Made by a program: the position numbers and the translations under genes. A DNA stretch of 63,911 bases, filler included, from Octopus bimaculoides (Eukaryota), in assembly GCF_001194135.2 (NCBI RefSeq). It is 8 parts of 7 records of this genome, joined end to end, with 100 filler letters (N's around TTAATTAATTAA, not from the genome) between each part and the next. Parts side by side here need not be neighbours in the genome. Positions count along the whole stretch, not along the records: positions 1 to 31,950 come from NC_068983.1; positions 32,051 to 34,521 come from NW_026340231.1; positions 34,622 to 48,562 come from NC_068999.1; 5 more parts are not named here. One strand, 5' to 3'. The notes beneath the pieces are model-generated. The model was not told the DNA's origin. It was given only the letters and a program-made list of their open reading frames with translations, and searched no databases. This document shows positions 25,331 through 36,361 of the stretch, in pieces (the stretch's first letter is position 1; every line of letters begins with the position of its first letter).

Positions 25331-25371
25331 ATTGCCTCTCGGTCTTTTGGCTAAGATCAAAGCATAGTATC
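25331..25371 (+). pseudogene. U2: Truncated U2 (first ~40 nt), part of a local tandem duplication
   Basis: ATTGCCTCTCGGTCTTTTGGCTAAGATCAAAGCATAGTATC. Confidence 0.85.
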
Positions 25372-25391
25372 GCCCGTATGATAATTATCAT

Positions 25392-25583
25392 ATCGCTTCT
25401 CGGTCTTTCAGCCAAGATCAAAAGTGTAGTATCTTGTTATTAGCTTTATATCCGATATATTCCTAATTTGGCGAACTTCGATATTAAACTGATTTTTGAT
25501 TACCGCCGATGTGTTGGAGCTTGCTCTAACTTTGCCACGAGTAGACCTGATTGATATTGCAGGACATCCAGGTGTTTGGTTAC
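25392..25583 (+). ncRNA. U2: Divergent U2 snRNA gene or pseudogene, copy 3
   Basis: U2 5' end, GTGTAGTATC, canonical Sm site GATTTTTGA, GGAGCTTGCTC, stem IV CCTG...CAGG with a 4-nt insertion. Confidence 0.85.
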
Positions 25584-26940
25584 GTAACAGAGATATGAAT
25601 AAAAGATAAATTACACTGAAAATTTTTCCAAACTTTCTCAAACTAATAACGCCATAATCAGATCGCATGCCGTATTTCTCAATTTTGAACTCTGACACTG
25701 TTCAAGCAACTTTCAACTACCAAACAACAATATATGCTTATTACCAGCGTCAATGAATTTCATAACTTCATCTCAGTCATTTTACACTCCTCTACAAGTC
25801 TGAAAAGAACCTTTACTTATTATTCAGTCCCCATAGTAATCCAAATACAATATCATACTTTAGCACAATCTGTGTAGCTTCGCATGAAATGCTTTACTCT
25901 CAGTCAATTGGCATTATATTCCCATTTCAAAATATGCAGTGTGGCTACTTTACATTGCATTATTGCAGAGTCGATAAAAAAATAATCAGTAAAATATGGG
26001 CAATATTCATAGAATGTTTGCTAATTTTCCGAAAATAAATATTTTTCTACAAGTGATAAATTAACCACTCAATATTTGTCATAACTATCAGAAAAAAAAA
26101 ATGACAGAGAGAGAACAGCTCATAAATATAGCAAAGCTTCTACCTCTTCAGTGGGCATCTACAAAATANNNNNNNNNNNNNNNNNNNNNNNNNNNNNNNN
26201 NNNNNNNNNNNNNNNNNNNNNNNNNNNNNNNNNNNNNNNNNNNCTTTCTCAAACTAATAACGCCATAATCAGATCGCATGCCGTATTTCTCAATTTTGAA
26301 CTCTGACACTGTTCAAGCAACTTTCAACTACCAAACAACAATATATGCTTATTACCAGCGTCAATGAATTTCATAACTTCATCTCAGTCATTTTACACTC
26401 CTCTACAAGTCTGAAAAGAACCTTTACTTATTATTCAGTCCCCATAGTAATCCAAATACAATATCATACTTTAGCACAATCTGTGTAGCTTCGCATGAAA
26501 TGCTTTACTCTCAGTCAATTGGCATTATATTCCCATTTCAAAATATGCAGTGTGGCTACTTTACATTGCATTATTGCAGAGTCGATAAAAAAAATAATCA
26601 GTAAAATATGGGCAATATTCATAGAATGTTTGCTAATTTTCCGAAAATAAATATTTTTCTACAAGTGATAAATTAACCACTCAATATTTGTCATAACTAT
26701 CAGAAAAAAAAAATGACAGAGAGAGAACAGCTCATAAATATAGCAAAGCTTCTACCTCTTCAGTGGGCATCTACAAAATAAACGTATGAAAGCAGATTAT
26801 TAATTATAGATCAAAGGAAAATATTTCTGATTTTACAACCGTTGAACTTAATTAATTTCAGGTATTTTTTTCTCGAAACACACGTCATTCAGCCTCCAGT
26901 TGCTTATCACATCTTATATCGGCCATGTAACACTCGTTTT

Positions 26941-27130
26941 ATCGCTTCTCGGCCTTTTGGCTAAGATCAAAGTGTAGTATATGATATTATCAGATTAATA
27001 TTTGATGTGTTCCTAATATTGGAACATCGATATTAAACTGTTTTTCTATTACTGGCGAAGGTGTTGGAGCTTGCTCTCCCTTTTCTACGTGTGGACATGT
27101 TATTGCAGTAAGGATAGGATTTAACCCACC
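26941..27130 (+). ncRNA. U2: Divergent U2 snRNA gene or pseudogene, copy 4
   Basis: ATCGCTTCTCGGCCTTTTGGCTAAGATCAAAGTGTAGTAT is the canonical metazoan U2 5' end. Stems IIa and IIb pair; Sm site altered (TGTTTTTCT). Confidence 0.9.
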
Positions 27131-28767
27131 TCCGCAACGGAAATATATACAGAAAACAAAATTAGAAGGAATATTTTTCCAAATCTTGTCAAACTAATAA
27201 CCACTCATTCGAATCCCAAACAATAATTCTCAAACATCATCTATGTTTCCTTAAACTTTCACCTGCGACAAACAATTTTCCCCAATCAAACACTACAGAT
27301 ATATATCATCAGCATCAACAAACCAGACTATTTCATCTCAACCAGCCAACTACTATTATTTTACACACCTCTGCCCTCGATTCAACAAAGCCAAAATATA
27401 TATATTTATATTTTACTCAAATATATCTACTAATTTTTTCAGTTCTCATAACCACTTGAACACTATTTATCATTAGCAGGATAGTTGTAGGTTTTCCCCC
27501 AAGTGTCTTGCACCCATTAGTCAACTCTCTTCACCCTTTCAAAACACACAGGGTGACCACTTTTCATTTTATCAATGCGGTGTTTGTAATAAAATAAATC
27601 AGTGAAATAAATCGTTTTTAATGGATTGAACTCGAAGTAGATAAAACTACAAATAAAACTATGTAAATATTAGGTTTAAACACCCCAGGCAGCCTTCGAC
27701 TTTTTCTATCCAAAAGAGGTTTTGACGCAATATTTACACGTCATTGTCTATTGTTTTATTTACTTGCAGTTCAATCGTTAAAAACTATTTCACGTTTTCT
27801 CGAAGTTTGTAAATTCTTTTGACGTAAATAAGTCAGTAATATGAATAACATTCATAGAATTGTGTAAATTCCCATAAATTATACCTTTTTTAAGTACTAA
27901 ATGTAATACTCGAAATTTGTCATGACTAATTTTTTAGATTATTTACGGCAGCTCGTAAATGTCAGTGATTCTCTAAGACTGTATATCTTGAATTTCACAG
28001 AAAATTTCAAACTTTCATTGCAATATATATAATTGCTCGGAAATGTATTCATCGATAGACATCTACAATACAAAGGCAGGAAAACATTAGATCTGTGCAT
28101 ATATATTTCCTATGAAGTTAATTCCCCATTCCACATCCATGCACCTTATTAATAGTAGATAACATCCACAAAACAAATAGCATTCATTTCACAACTACAT
28201 CTCTCTATCATTCTTCTGATGGAGGAATAGCACCCGGAACCGCAAAACTCTTTCGCTTCTTTCTAAACGTTAAACTAATATAATGTTTCTTAAAACTTGT
28301 TTCTCCTGTATTCTACACACACATACATATATATATACACACACATATAAATAAATGTACAAAAATATATACATATATATGCATATGTATATATATATAT
28401 ATGTGTGTGTGTGTGGTGCATGTGGTGTGTATGCGTGTGGTGTGTGTGCGTCCACTTAAAAATGTATGTTGTTTTAGAACACAGAATACTGCGTTGGTGA
28501 CCATGAGAGAACATCTCATATTGACTTGTGGCGCATATAAACACTCTTGATTATGTTCCGTTAACGATTTACACAAAATTGCTTTTATGCATCACAAGTC
28601 CATATCAGACACATACACACACACACGCATACACACACACACACATACACACACATGCACATGTACACGCACGCACGCACACACATACGCATACACACAC
28701 ACATACACACACACACATACGCACGCACATGTACACGCACACACGCGCGCGCACTCCATAGATATCA

Positions 28768-29010
28768 AAATCCTGGGAACTTTCACAGAAACAGTGATGT
28801 TGACAGGCTCTACCTAAGAAGAAATGAAGGTGGTAGAGGCCTGAGATCAGTGCAGATGGCCTTCGAATGCCGTATGGTATCACTCAGGCAGCACCTGCTG
28901 AACAACAACAGCAAAAATAAATATATAAATGCAGTGCTGAAAAGTGAAGTGAGCAACAATGTACGATTTGGCAGTGAGCTCCTGAAGAAACACTCTCTAC
29001 CTGATGATCT
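28768..29010 (+). mobile_element. R4/Dong-clade LINE fragment (post-RT region)
   Basis: [23 protein letters not shown] motif. Confidence 0.8.
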
Positions 29011-29019
29011 GATTTTTTA

Positions 29020-29935
29020 TTACCTATGCGGGCTAACATAGAGGGGAAAATACAATGTGATTGGGGTCACATACAATCGAATGATATAAAATGTTCATGT
29101 ACAATGAAATCGAATGAATTACAACACAATAAATTACAAGCAATAAATTACAAACAATAAATCCCAAACAATAAATCACAAACCACAAACAATAAATCAC
29201 ACGATGAGGTGTTCAAAACAGGTATGCTCCGAGCCCTGTCTTTAGCACCGACTTACTGGTAGTCACTCAATCGTGCTCACGCAGGGCCTTTCACCCCCAA
29301 CATGCGTACTACACGCGTCCATCGTTTTTTTAAATTCACTCTCTGACAAACACCTCATTTCCAGCCCCACCTTCATTTTCAAGGGAAAAGTGAACATTTT
29401 CACGAGGTCGAGGCTGGAGACGCAGGTATATGTTACGATACCTTTCATTCTCGACTTCCAAATCACTTCTCTCGCAATTGCTACTACTACGAGAAAACAA
29501 TTCTTACCTTCTTTCGTCAAGAAATCCGGCGGGTTAATTTTTACAATTGACTCAGACGATAGCTGTATTCTTCTTCCATCAGACAATAGTTGTTCCGCAT
29601 AAACCCATATTTCTGAAATACCCGGACACTGAACAATAGCGTGCAGGACGGTTTCCACGCCCTGCCCGCATCTTGGACAGGCCGTCGGCCCAGGGTGGCC
29701 GTGTCTCATGGCTTTATCCCGAACGAGTAGGGCTCTGCGGTAACACTGCCAGGCCAAAGACTTTTGGAAGTTATCCAGTGTCTTCGGCCCGAACGTTCTT
29801 CGGAACAGGCTGTCCAGCTGGTTATCATCGAGACCCAGCGTCCTTCCCAGGGCATCGTCATTTCCAGCCTCTTCCTGATGATCTATACAGCCCCAAAACA
29901 GCTGGGTTCTCTTACCTCAGAGAAGACCTGGGGGG
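29020..29935 (-). mobile_element. Tx1/L1-clade LINE 3' fragment nested in the R4-clade element
   Basis: CPRCGQGVETVLHAIVQC zinc knuckle and AREVIWKSR; AT-rich repetitive tail at about 29100-29200. Confidence 0.65.
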
Positions 29936-29939
29936 GCGG

Positions 29940-30846
29940 AAGCATTCAGCATACAAAAAAAAAAGACAATGCATGGGGAAGTTTCCCGGAAGCTCGAAGA
30001 AGACAGTAGAATTGACACAAAGCGCTGCCTCTCTTGGAACAAGACCACTACATCACATTACACTTTAAAGGCTATGCGTTTTCAATCCAGGAACAGGATA
30101 TTGTCACAAAGTACCTGGTGAACAAGAGAGACAGTGACGCTCTTGTAGTCCCAATGTGCAACCGCATGTGTATGCTATGTCATGTTTCTGTGGAAGACAT
30201 CACGCATGTGATTAGCAACTGTCCTAAAATGTCATCACGGTACTACCTCCCTATGCGGCACGATGTTGTCGATAAAACAATTTACAATGCCACCCGCAAA
30301 GAAGACTGTCCTCAAATAAACTTAGAAAATCCCTCTGCTATGGAACACATATATAAACACCAACTCAAAGAATACTGGTGGAATATTCCCATCAAAATTT
30401 CTGTTAAATGTAAACATAACAGGCCGGATATTGTTGTTTGGGACAGTCGGGCAAAGGTATATACCATCATAGAGGTCAGCTGCCCTGGAGATGTAAATAT
30501 CTCTTTGAAAATCAAAGAAAAAGAGGATATCTATGGACAACTCCTTCGAAACCTTCAGCTTCTATGTCCAGACTATGAATTCATATTCATACCAATAATA
30601 ATTGGAGCACTAGGTTTTGTTAGTAAATGCTTAAAGGAGAATCTGGATGAACTGGGATTTTTAGAAAGAGAAACTGACTGGCTCTGTGCATGGAACAGTA
30701 AAAATGTGCAAGATTTTTCTCAAGTTCTAAACGGGAATTTGTCCGTTAACTACATCCCAAAGAGGGATCCTTGTATCTTTGTTGGAAACCGGCTTCCTCC
30801 TCAGTGGAAGATTTATAATTAAGAAATAGAAGAGACATACATACAT
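29940..30846 (+). mobile_element. R4/Dong-clade LINE C-terminus (CCHC plus restriction-like endonuclease), 3' UTR and (CATA)3
   Basis: CMLCHVSVEDITHVISNC, RHD, NRPDIVVWD...IIEVSCP, IPIIIGALG. Confidence 0.85.
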
Positions 30847-30899
30847 AACTATTCTTTGGGGAAAACCACTGGATGATAATGTCTTATCCTATTCGATTG

Positions 30900-31880
30900 T
30901 CCCAGATTTCAAACAGGACGAGAAATCGTTGCCAATGAATCTACCTCTCATCTCAAATTATTTGAGAGAGTGGTGAAATCTCGAGTAACTCACTTTCGCG
31001 AAAGTAACAACCTGCATATTCTCTACCAGCTGGAATCTGCAATGGCAGAGACTGCCTGTCACAACTCCTGCTTCACTTTAATGGCATGCTAAAGGCTCTG
31101 GGAGAGGTCTCCAGGTTCCAGTGCAGATGTCATATACCTAGACTTCAGCAAGGTTGACCACAGCATCCTATTAAAGAAACTATCCTACATTCGAGACCGA
31201 GGGAAACTTAAAGCGGATTGAACGTTTAATGATGAACAGAACCCAGCATGTAATGATCGATGATGTTCCATCAAACTCAGCAAGTTATCAGTGGAGTTCT
31301 ACAAGGCACTGTATCAGGACTACTCCTTTACATTATTTACATCAATGATATCATGACTTCATCGAATACAGCAGCATTAGAATTTTTGCAGATGACTAAG
31401 CTTCTGAAGATCGTCGACAGGGTAGGAGATAGGGCAACTCTCCATTCGGATCTGCTCGGGCAATGCTGATGAAATATGTTCCACGTCATGCAGATGATGT
31501 AGCGTTCACGGCAGCGTTGGAGAGGATAAAGTTTGAGCTTTTCTAGTCGACGCCAATAATCAAGGCCTGTCATGCCATCTATCTTTTTTGTAATTGCCCT
31601 TTGAGCTGCTTTAATTTTCATGATACTTTGTTTCGTGTGGTTAGACCACAGTAAACAAACAGTATTCAAGGTGGGGTCGGGCAAAAGTGGAGAAGAGAAG
31701 GATAATGGTGTGGATATCTCTCGACTGGAAAGTTTTGAGAATCCGGGAACACATTTTGCGGGCCATGTCAACTTTGCTGTTTATATGAGCCGCCCAGCTT
31801 ATGTTGTTGTCCACAAATGCTCCCAACTCTCTGATGTTGTTGGATGCCATGAGAGTTTCATCTGAAGGGAGGGAGTATGG
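30900..31880. mobile_element. CR1/L2-type RT remnant with the 3' half inverted
   Basis: Plus strand: YLDFSK and SGVLQGTVSGLLLYIIYIND. Minus strand: ELGAFVDNNISW, RPHLEYC, QRAITKKI...LQRCRERY. Confidence 0.8.
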
Positions 31881-31902
31881 GAGTTTCAGAGTATCTTCTT
31901 TT

Positions 31903-31950
<48 letters not shown>

Positions 31951-32050
31951 NNNNNNNNNNNNNNNNNNNNNNNNNNNNNNNNNNNNNNNNNNNNTTAATT
32001 AATTAANNNNNNNNNNNNNNNNNNNNNNNNNNNNNNNNNNNNNNNNNNNN
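31951..32050. other. Artificial scaffold-join spacer 1
   Basis: 44 N + TTAATTAATTAA (31995-32006) + 44 N. Confidence 0.95.
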
Positions 32051-32216
32051 TAGGAGGGGCGGGAGGCAAGATCACGTGGTAAAACCTTGACCTTGGGTAG
32101 CTTTTTAGATATATATACATATATTTACATATACCTATGTATGTATGTATGTAAGTATATATATATATATATATATAAAGACGCATATACATACTCCCGC
32201 ATTCACAAACGAGCCT

Positions 32217-32247
<31 letters not shown>

Positions 32248-32401
32248 AGCACACACGCATACATACATGTATACATATGTAAACAAACATAATCTGTCTT
32301 ATCTCTTAGCTATCTTTTGCTATGTGCGCNNNNNNNNNNACAAACATAATCTGTCTTATCTCTTAGCTATCTTTTGCTATGTGCGCGCGCGTGTGTGTAT
32401 A

Positions 32402-32454
<53 letters not shown>

Positions 32455-32647
32455 GTATATATATGTGTGTATAAATGCATAGAATACGCACTTTCAAACA
32501 CAGACACACTCACTCAGTCACTCATTCTCTCAGTTATAACGACACACGCATGCGCACGGGGAAGATTGTCAGTGACTTCGAAGTTTCGACGATAGCAACT
32601 CCGTCGGACTGTCATTAGCGGCCCCACCCACAACCAAGCAACACTTC

Positions 32648-32719
32648 GGGCATGTGGCGTAGTGGTTAAAGGCGCGGGCTACTAACCCTAAGATTCCGAA
32701 TTCGATTCCAGGCAGTGAG

Positions 32720-32786
<67 letters not shown>

Positions 32787-32880
32787 TCGAAAAATACCTT
32801 AGGAATGAGAACCCAGGTTCAAAATTTCCTCAAGACACCTGATGAAGGCTGGAGGGTATATCAGCCGAAACGTTGTTAAC
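32648..32880 (+). mobile_element. tRNA-headed SINE-like element with central (AAT)n and 3' hammerhead motif
   Basis: A box TGGCGTAGTGG, B box GAATTCGATTCC, (AAT)n at about 32723-32782, hammerhead core at 32834-32876. Confidence 0.8.
32834..32876 (+). ncRNA. Minimal type I hammerhead ribozyme motif (stem II perfect, stem I shortened)
   Basis: GACAC-CTGATGA-A-GGCTG-GAGGGTATAT-CAGCC-GAAA-CGTT-GT. Confidence 0.6.
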
Positions 32881-32913
32881 AAAAGGATACATACATACAT
32901 ACATACATACATA

Positions 32914-32955
<42 letters not shown>

Positions 32956-33609
32956 TGCATGTGTGTGGGTGTTCTTGGATGTAATCGTCTCGTAGGATTC
33001 TCGATGTGATAGTCTGCTTTGAAACTAATACAAAGTTGTTATTGTATGTTTTAGAAGACTCACTCTGGAATCGCTCTACAAATGGTTGTTGTTAGCTCAT
33101 TTGTTTATTAATCGTTTTGTCAAAACCTTTCGTTCCACCTCTGTAACCGTCTCAATGAACTCTTTTCAAAAGAGAACTAAGAATGTACAAGAAAAATGCT
33201 TTGACTGATCGATTTATAAGAAAGAAACCTGAACTACAAACAATGCGTTTATTTCTAATGCTTGAGTAACTCTCCATAATTTCAACATGATGTATCTATC
33301 TATCTAGCTAGCTAGCTTTTTGTCTGTCTATCTATCTATTTATCTATCCGTCTTTCTGTCTATCTATCCAGATATGTGCGTGTGTGTATATATATATATA
33401 TATACGCACGCACATATATTACGTAGTGTTCTTATAGCGACAGTGATGTTCATTGTGAGATATTGTGTGGTGGTTATGGTAGTGTTGGTTGGTAGTGTAA
33501 CGATAGTAGCGGTGCTGGTGGTAGTAGCGGTACTGATGGTGGTGGTGGTGGCAATGGGTGTTTATAGATATTGTTTTTGTTGTCATCGTTGGCAAAATTA
33601 AATGTTCTG

Positions 33610-33971
33610 CAGAATATCGTCAACCTTTACGTTCTGAGTTCAAATTTTGCCGAGGTCGATTTTTGCCTTTCAATCATATCGGGGTCGATAGAATACGTAC
33701 CAGTTGAGCACTGGGGTTGACGTAACCGATTTGCACACTCCCCACCGAAATTGCTGGCTGCAAGAAAGACAGCGAGCCGGCAGAATCGTTAGCATCCCGG
33801 GCGAAATGCTTCGCCACACTTTCGTCCTTCCTTACGTTCTGAGTTCAAATTCCGCCGAGGTGAACTGTGCCTGTCATCCTTTCGAGGTCGATAAATTAAG
33901 TACCTGTGAAACACCTAGGATCGATGGAATCGACTTATCCGCTCCCCCAAATTTTCGGCCTTGTGCCTATA
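33610..33971 (+). mobile_element. Two tandem SINE family A copies
   Basis: Repeated GTTCTGAGTTCAAATT...GAGGT...GATA.A.TA.GTACC. Confidence 0.8.
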
Positions 33972-34177
33972 CAGTAATCCCTAACCATATCGCGGTTCAC
34001 CTATCGCGCACTCAGCACATCGCGGATTTTTCTGGCTAACATAAGTGAATTCATATCGCGGACTCCTCAGTATATCACGGATTTCTGCGGCCGATAGGTA
34101 TTTATATTTTTTTAGGTTTTAATTATTTCTGTGTGAGGTTTTGGAACGTAACAACCGCAATAGTCGAGGGATTACTG
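33972..34177 (+). mobile_element. pogo/Tigger-like MITE with TA duplication
   Basis: TIRs CAGTAATCCCT...GCGGTT / AACCGC...AGGGATTACTG; TA at 33970-33971 and 34178-34179; second copy ends at 53408. Confidence 0.8.
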
Positions 34178-34192
34178 TAGCAGAAAGGATTA

Positions 34193-34242
<50 letters not shown>

Positions 34243-34254
34243 TTATCATTATGC

Positions 34255-34425
34255 TGAGCGGTATTTCGTCTGTCTTTACGCTCTGAGTTCAAATTCCGCG
34301 GAGGTCGACTTTACCTTTCATCCTTTCGGAGTCGATAAATTAAGTACCAGTTGCGTACTGGAGTCGATCTAATCGACTGGTCCCCTCCCCCAAAAATTTA
34401 GGGCCTTGTGCCTAGAGTAGAAAAG

Positions 34426-34430
<5 letters not shown>
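34255..34430 (+). mobile_element. SINE family A, 5'-truncated
   Basis: Family core and CCTTGTGCCTAGAGTAGAAAAG tail. Confidence 0.8.
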
Positions 34431-34480
<50 letters not shown>

Positions 34481-34521
34481 CTGATGGTTTTAACCCCTCA
34501 CCAAACATTCCTACATACATA

Positions 34522-34621
34522 NNNNNNNNNNNNNNNNNNNNNNNNNNNNNNNNNNNNNNNNNNNNTTAATTAATTAANNNNNNNNNNNNNNNNNNNNNNN
34601 NNNNNNNNNNNNNNNNNNNNN
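34522..34621. other. Artificial scaffold-join spacer 2
   Basis: 44 N + TTAATTAATTAA (34566-34577) + 44 N. Confidence 0.95.
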
Positions 34622-34629
34622 GTATGTAT

Positions 34630-34797
34630 ATAGGCGAAGGAGTGGCTGTGTGGTAAGTAGCTTGCTTACCAACCACATGGTTCCGGGTTCAGTCCCACTG
34701 CGTGGCACCTTGGGCAAGTGTCTTCTACTATAGCCTCTGGCTAACCAAAGCCTTGTGAGTGGATTTGGTAGATGGAAACTGAAAGAAGCCCGTCGTA

Positions 34798-34800
<3 letters not shown>
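34630..34800 (+). mobile_element. SINE family B, 5' half
   Basis: GGAGTGGCTGTGTGGTAAGTAGC...GTGGCACCTTGGGCAAGTG. Confidence 0.85.
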
Positions 34801-34834
<34 letters not shown>

Positions 34835-36289
34835 CAATCAGTTCATTCAGAATTGGTTAGATGTTATTTCGGCAGATCAAAGATCAGCTATTATTCAATC
34901 AGTCTTTTCTAGACTCAGAAGCATAGTTCCTTGGGAAAATAAATGTTTTTGTTTTTTCTTATTTTCTTAGAAAATTCTATTGACTATTTCATAAATTCAG
35001 AATTGTTTGATCTTTTTTTTTTTTTTTTTTTAGATATTAAATTTTAGTATTTCATTATTTAGAAATAAGCATTTCAAGGGTGGTGTCAACACCATTTTAC
35101 TTCCAAACAAATAAAATATCATTATTACGTTTTTATTCTTCAATAATGTTTTGATATTCTTTCTGATAAAATATTGAAATGTATGAATGTATGTTGTTTT
35201 TTTTATTTATTTATTTATTTATTTATTGTTTTGTTTTGTATCTGATTCAAATATTTAGATAACAGCTGACAACATTAAGATGTCTTAGATTTTGATGTGC
35301 TTGATAGAAAATTTTAAAGTTAGTGACATCACATTATGTTGATAAATGTATGTTTAATTTATGTTGCTAGTCATTTTATTATTTTATTAGCTGTATAAAT
35401 TAATTTTAATTTTTAGATTTTAGTAATGTCATAAAATGCAAAATTCAAGAAAATAAAATAGATTATCTCCATATGACATTAAAAAATTTGCTTATATTTT
35501 TGTAATTTTTATTTCTTTTCATTTCTAACTGTATTTAGAATGTCTTTTGTTTTTTGGGTTTTTTTTAACAGTTGCAGATATAATACACGTATAGATACAA
35601 TACATACATACATATTTATTTACTGCACCTCTATGAACAACAGAGGAACAAAAATATCTTCCAAAACACATGCACACACACACACACACACACAAAACAT
35701 TATTGCATATAGTTGTATAAAAGCAGGTGACTATTACCTCTAAATTGATGTAAACACATTCAAATAGAAAAACATTTCATAATTTCCATAAATTCCTGAG
35801 TCGATACACATCCAAACTCTCATTTATCCTTAAGATCTGGAAATGAAACTGAAGAAATTATCCTAAGTTATTATATTAAATGTTTCAAAATTGTTAGGTG
35901 TCAGGCAAACTGATAGACGAATGCCATCAGGTCTAACCAACACTGAAAGTATTCTCTCTTATTCCTAAACTCCATGTCTATCGTTATTGTTAAAACTATT
36001 CATACTTGATATATTCGTGCTGAAGAGCAACAGAAGTGTGGAGTTGTAAAAATTTAACAACGTATGAAGTGAATAACTGCTCGTAATCGCCCGTTTATAT
36101 AAAAATGGTGGGAAAGCTCATTAAAAGCACTACATTTTAAGTCTGAAAAACTCCCTCCCCCCTTTTTTTTCTCTTTCTACATTCCAAAAAAAAAAAATAT
36201 TTATTCAAATAATTTGGAGACTTATTGTTTTCTAAGGAATGTTTTGTGATATTTCTTTTATCCAAGTTTTTCCTAATCCTGCTTTTCAG

Positions 36290-36361
36290 TTGCTTACAAC
36301 TGTGAGGAATCGACAATGTCATCGAGTTCAAAGGGCTCGTCATATCAATATGACTATCCAG
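36290..36361 (+). CDS. Scm: Candidate start exon (E1) of the Scm-like gene; ATG at 36316, MSSSSKGSSYQYDYP-G
   Basis: Acceptor TTTTCCTAATCCTGCTTTTCAG, A at -3 of the ATG, donor CAG|GTTAGT. Phase 1 matches E2 and gives G-TFNW. No homology support. Confidence 0.5.

Noticed and set aside
25633-26780. 536/537-bp tandem duplication either side of a 75-N gap
   Set aside because: The copies are identical except for one A in a homopolymer and end exactly at the contig edges. This is most likely an unmerged allelic overlap (false duplication).
30034-30822. 262-aa ORF as a host gene
   Set aside because: It is a retrotransposon CCHC/REL domain with a deletion-induced frameshift near its end.
32281-32388. 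49-bp direct repeat around a 10-N gap (similar case at 44787-44858)
   Set aside because: Contig-overlap artefact.
32648-32722. tRNA gene
   Set aside because: It has only A and B boxes, no cloverleaf acceptor stem, and continues into the repeat body. It is a SINE head; the same applies to the other SINE heads.
33125-33175. Possible minus-strand hammerhead (TTTCG...TCTCAATG)
   Set aside because: The CUGANGA box is not intact and the stems are unconvincing.
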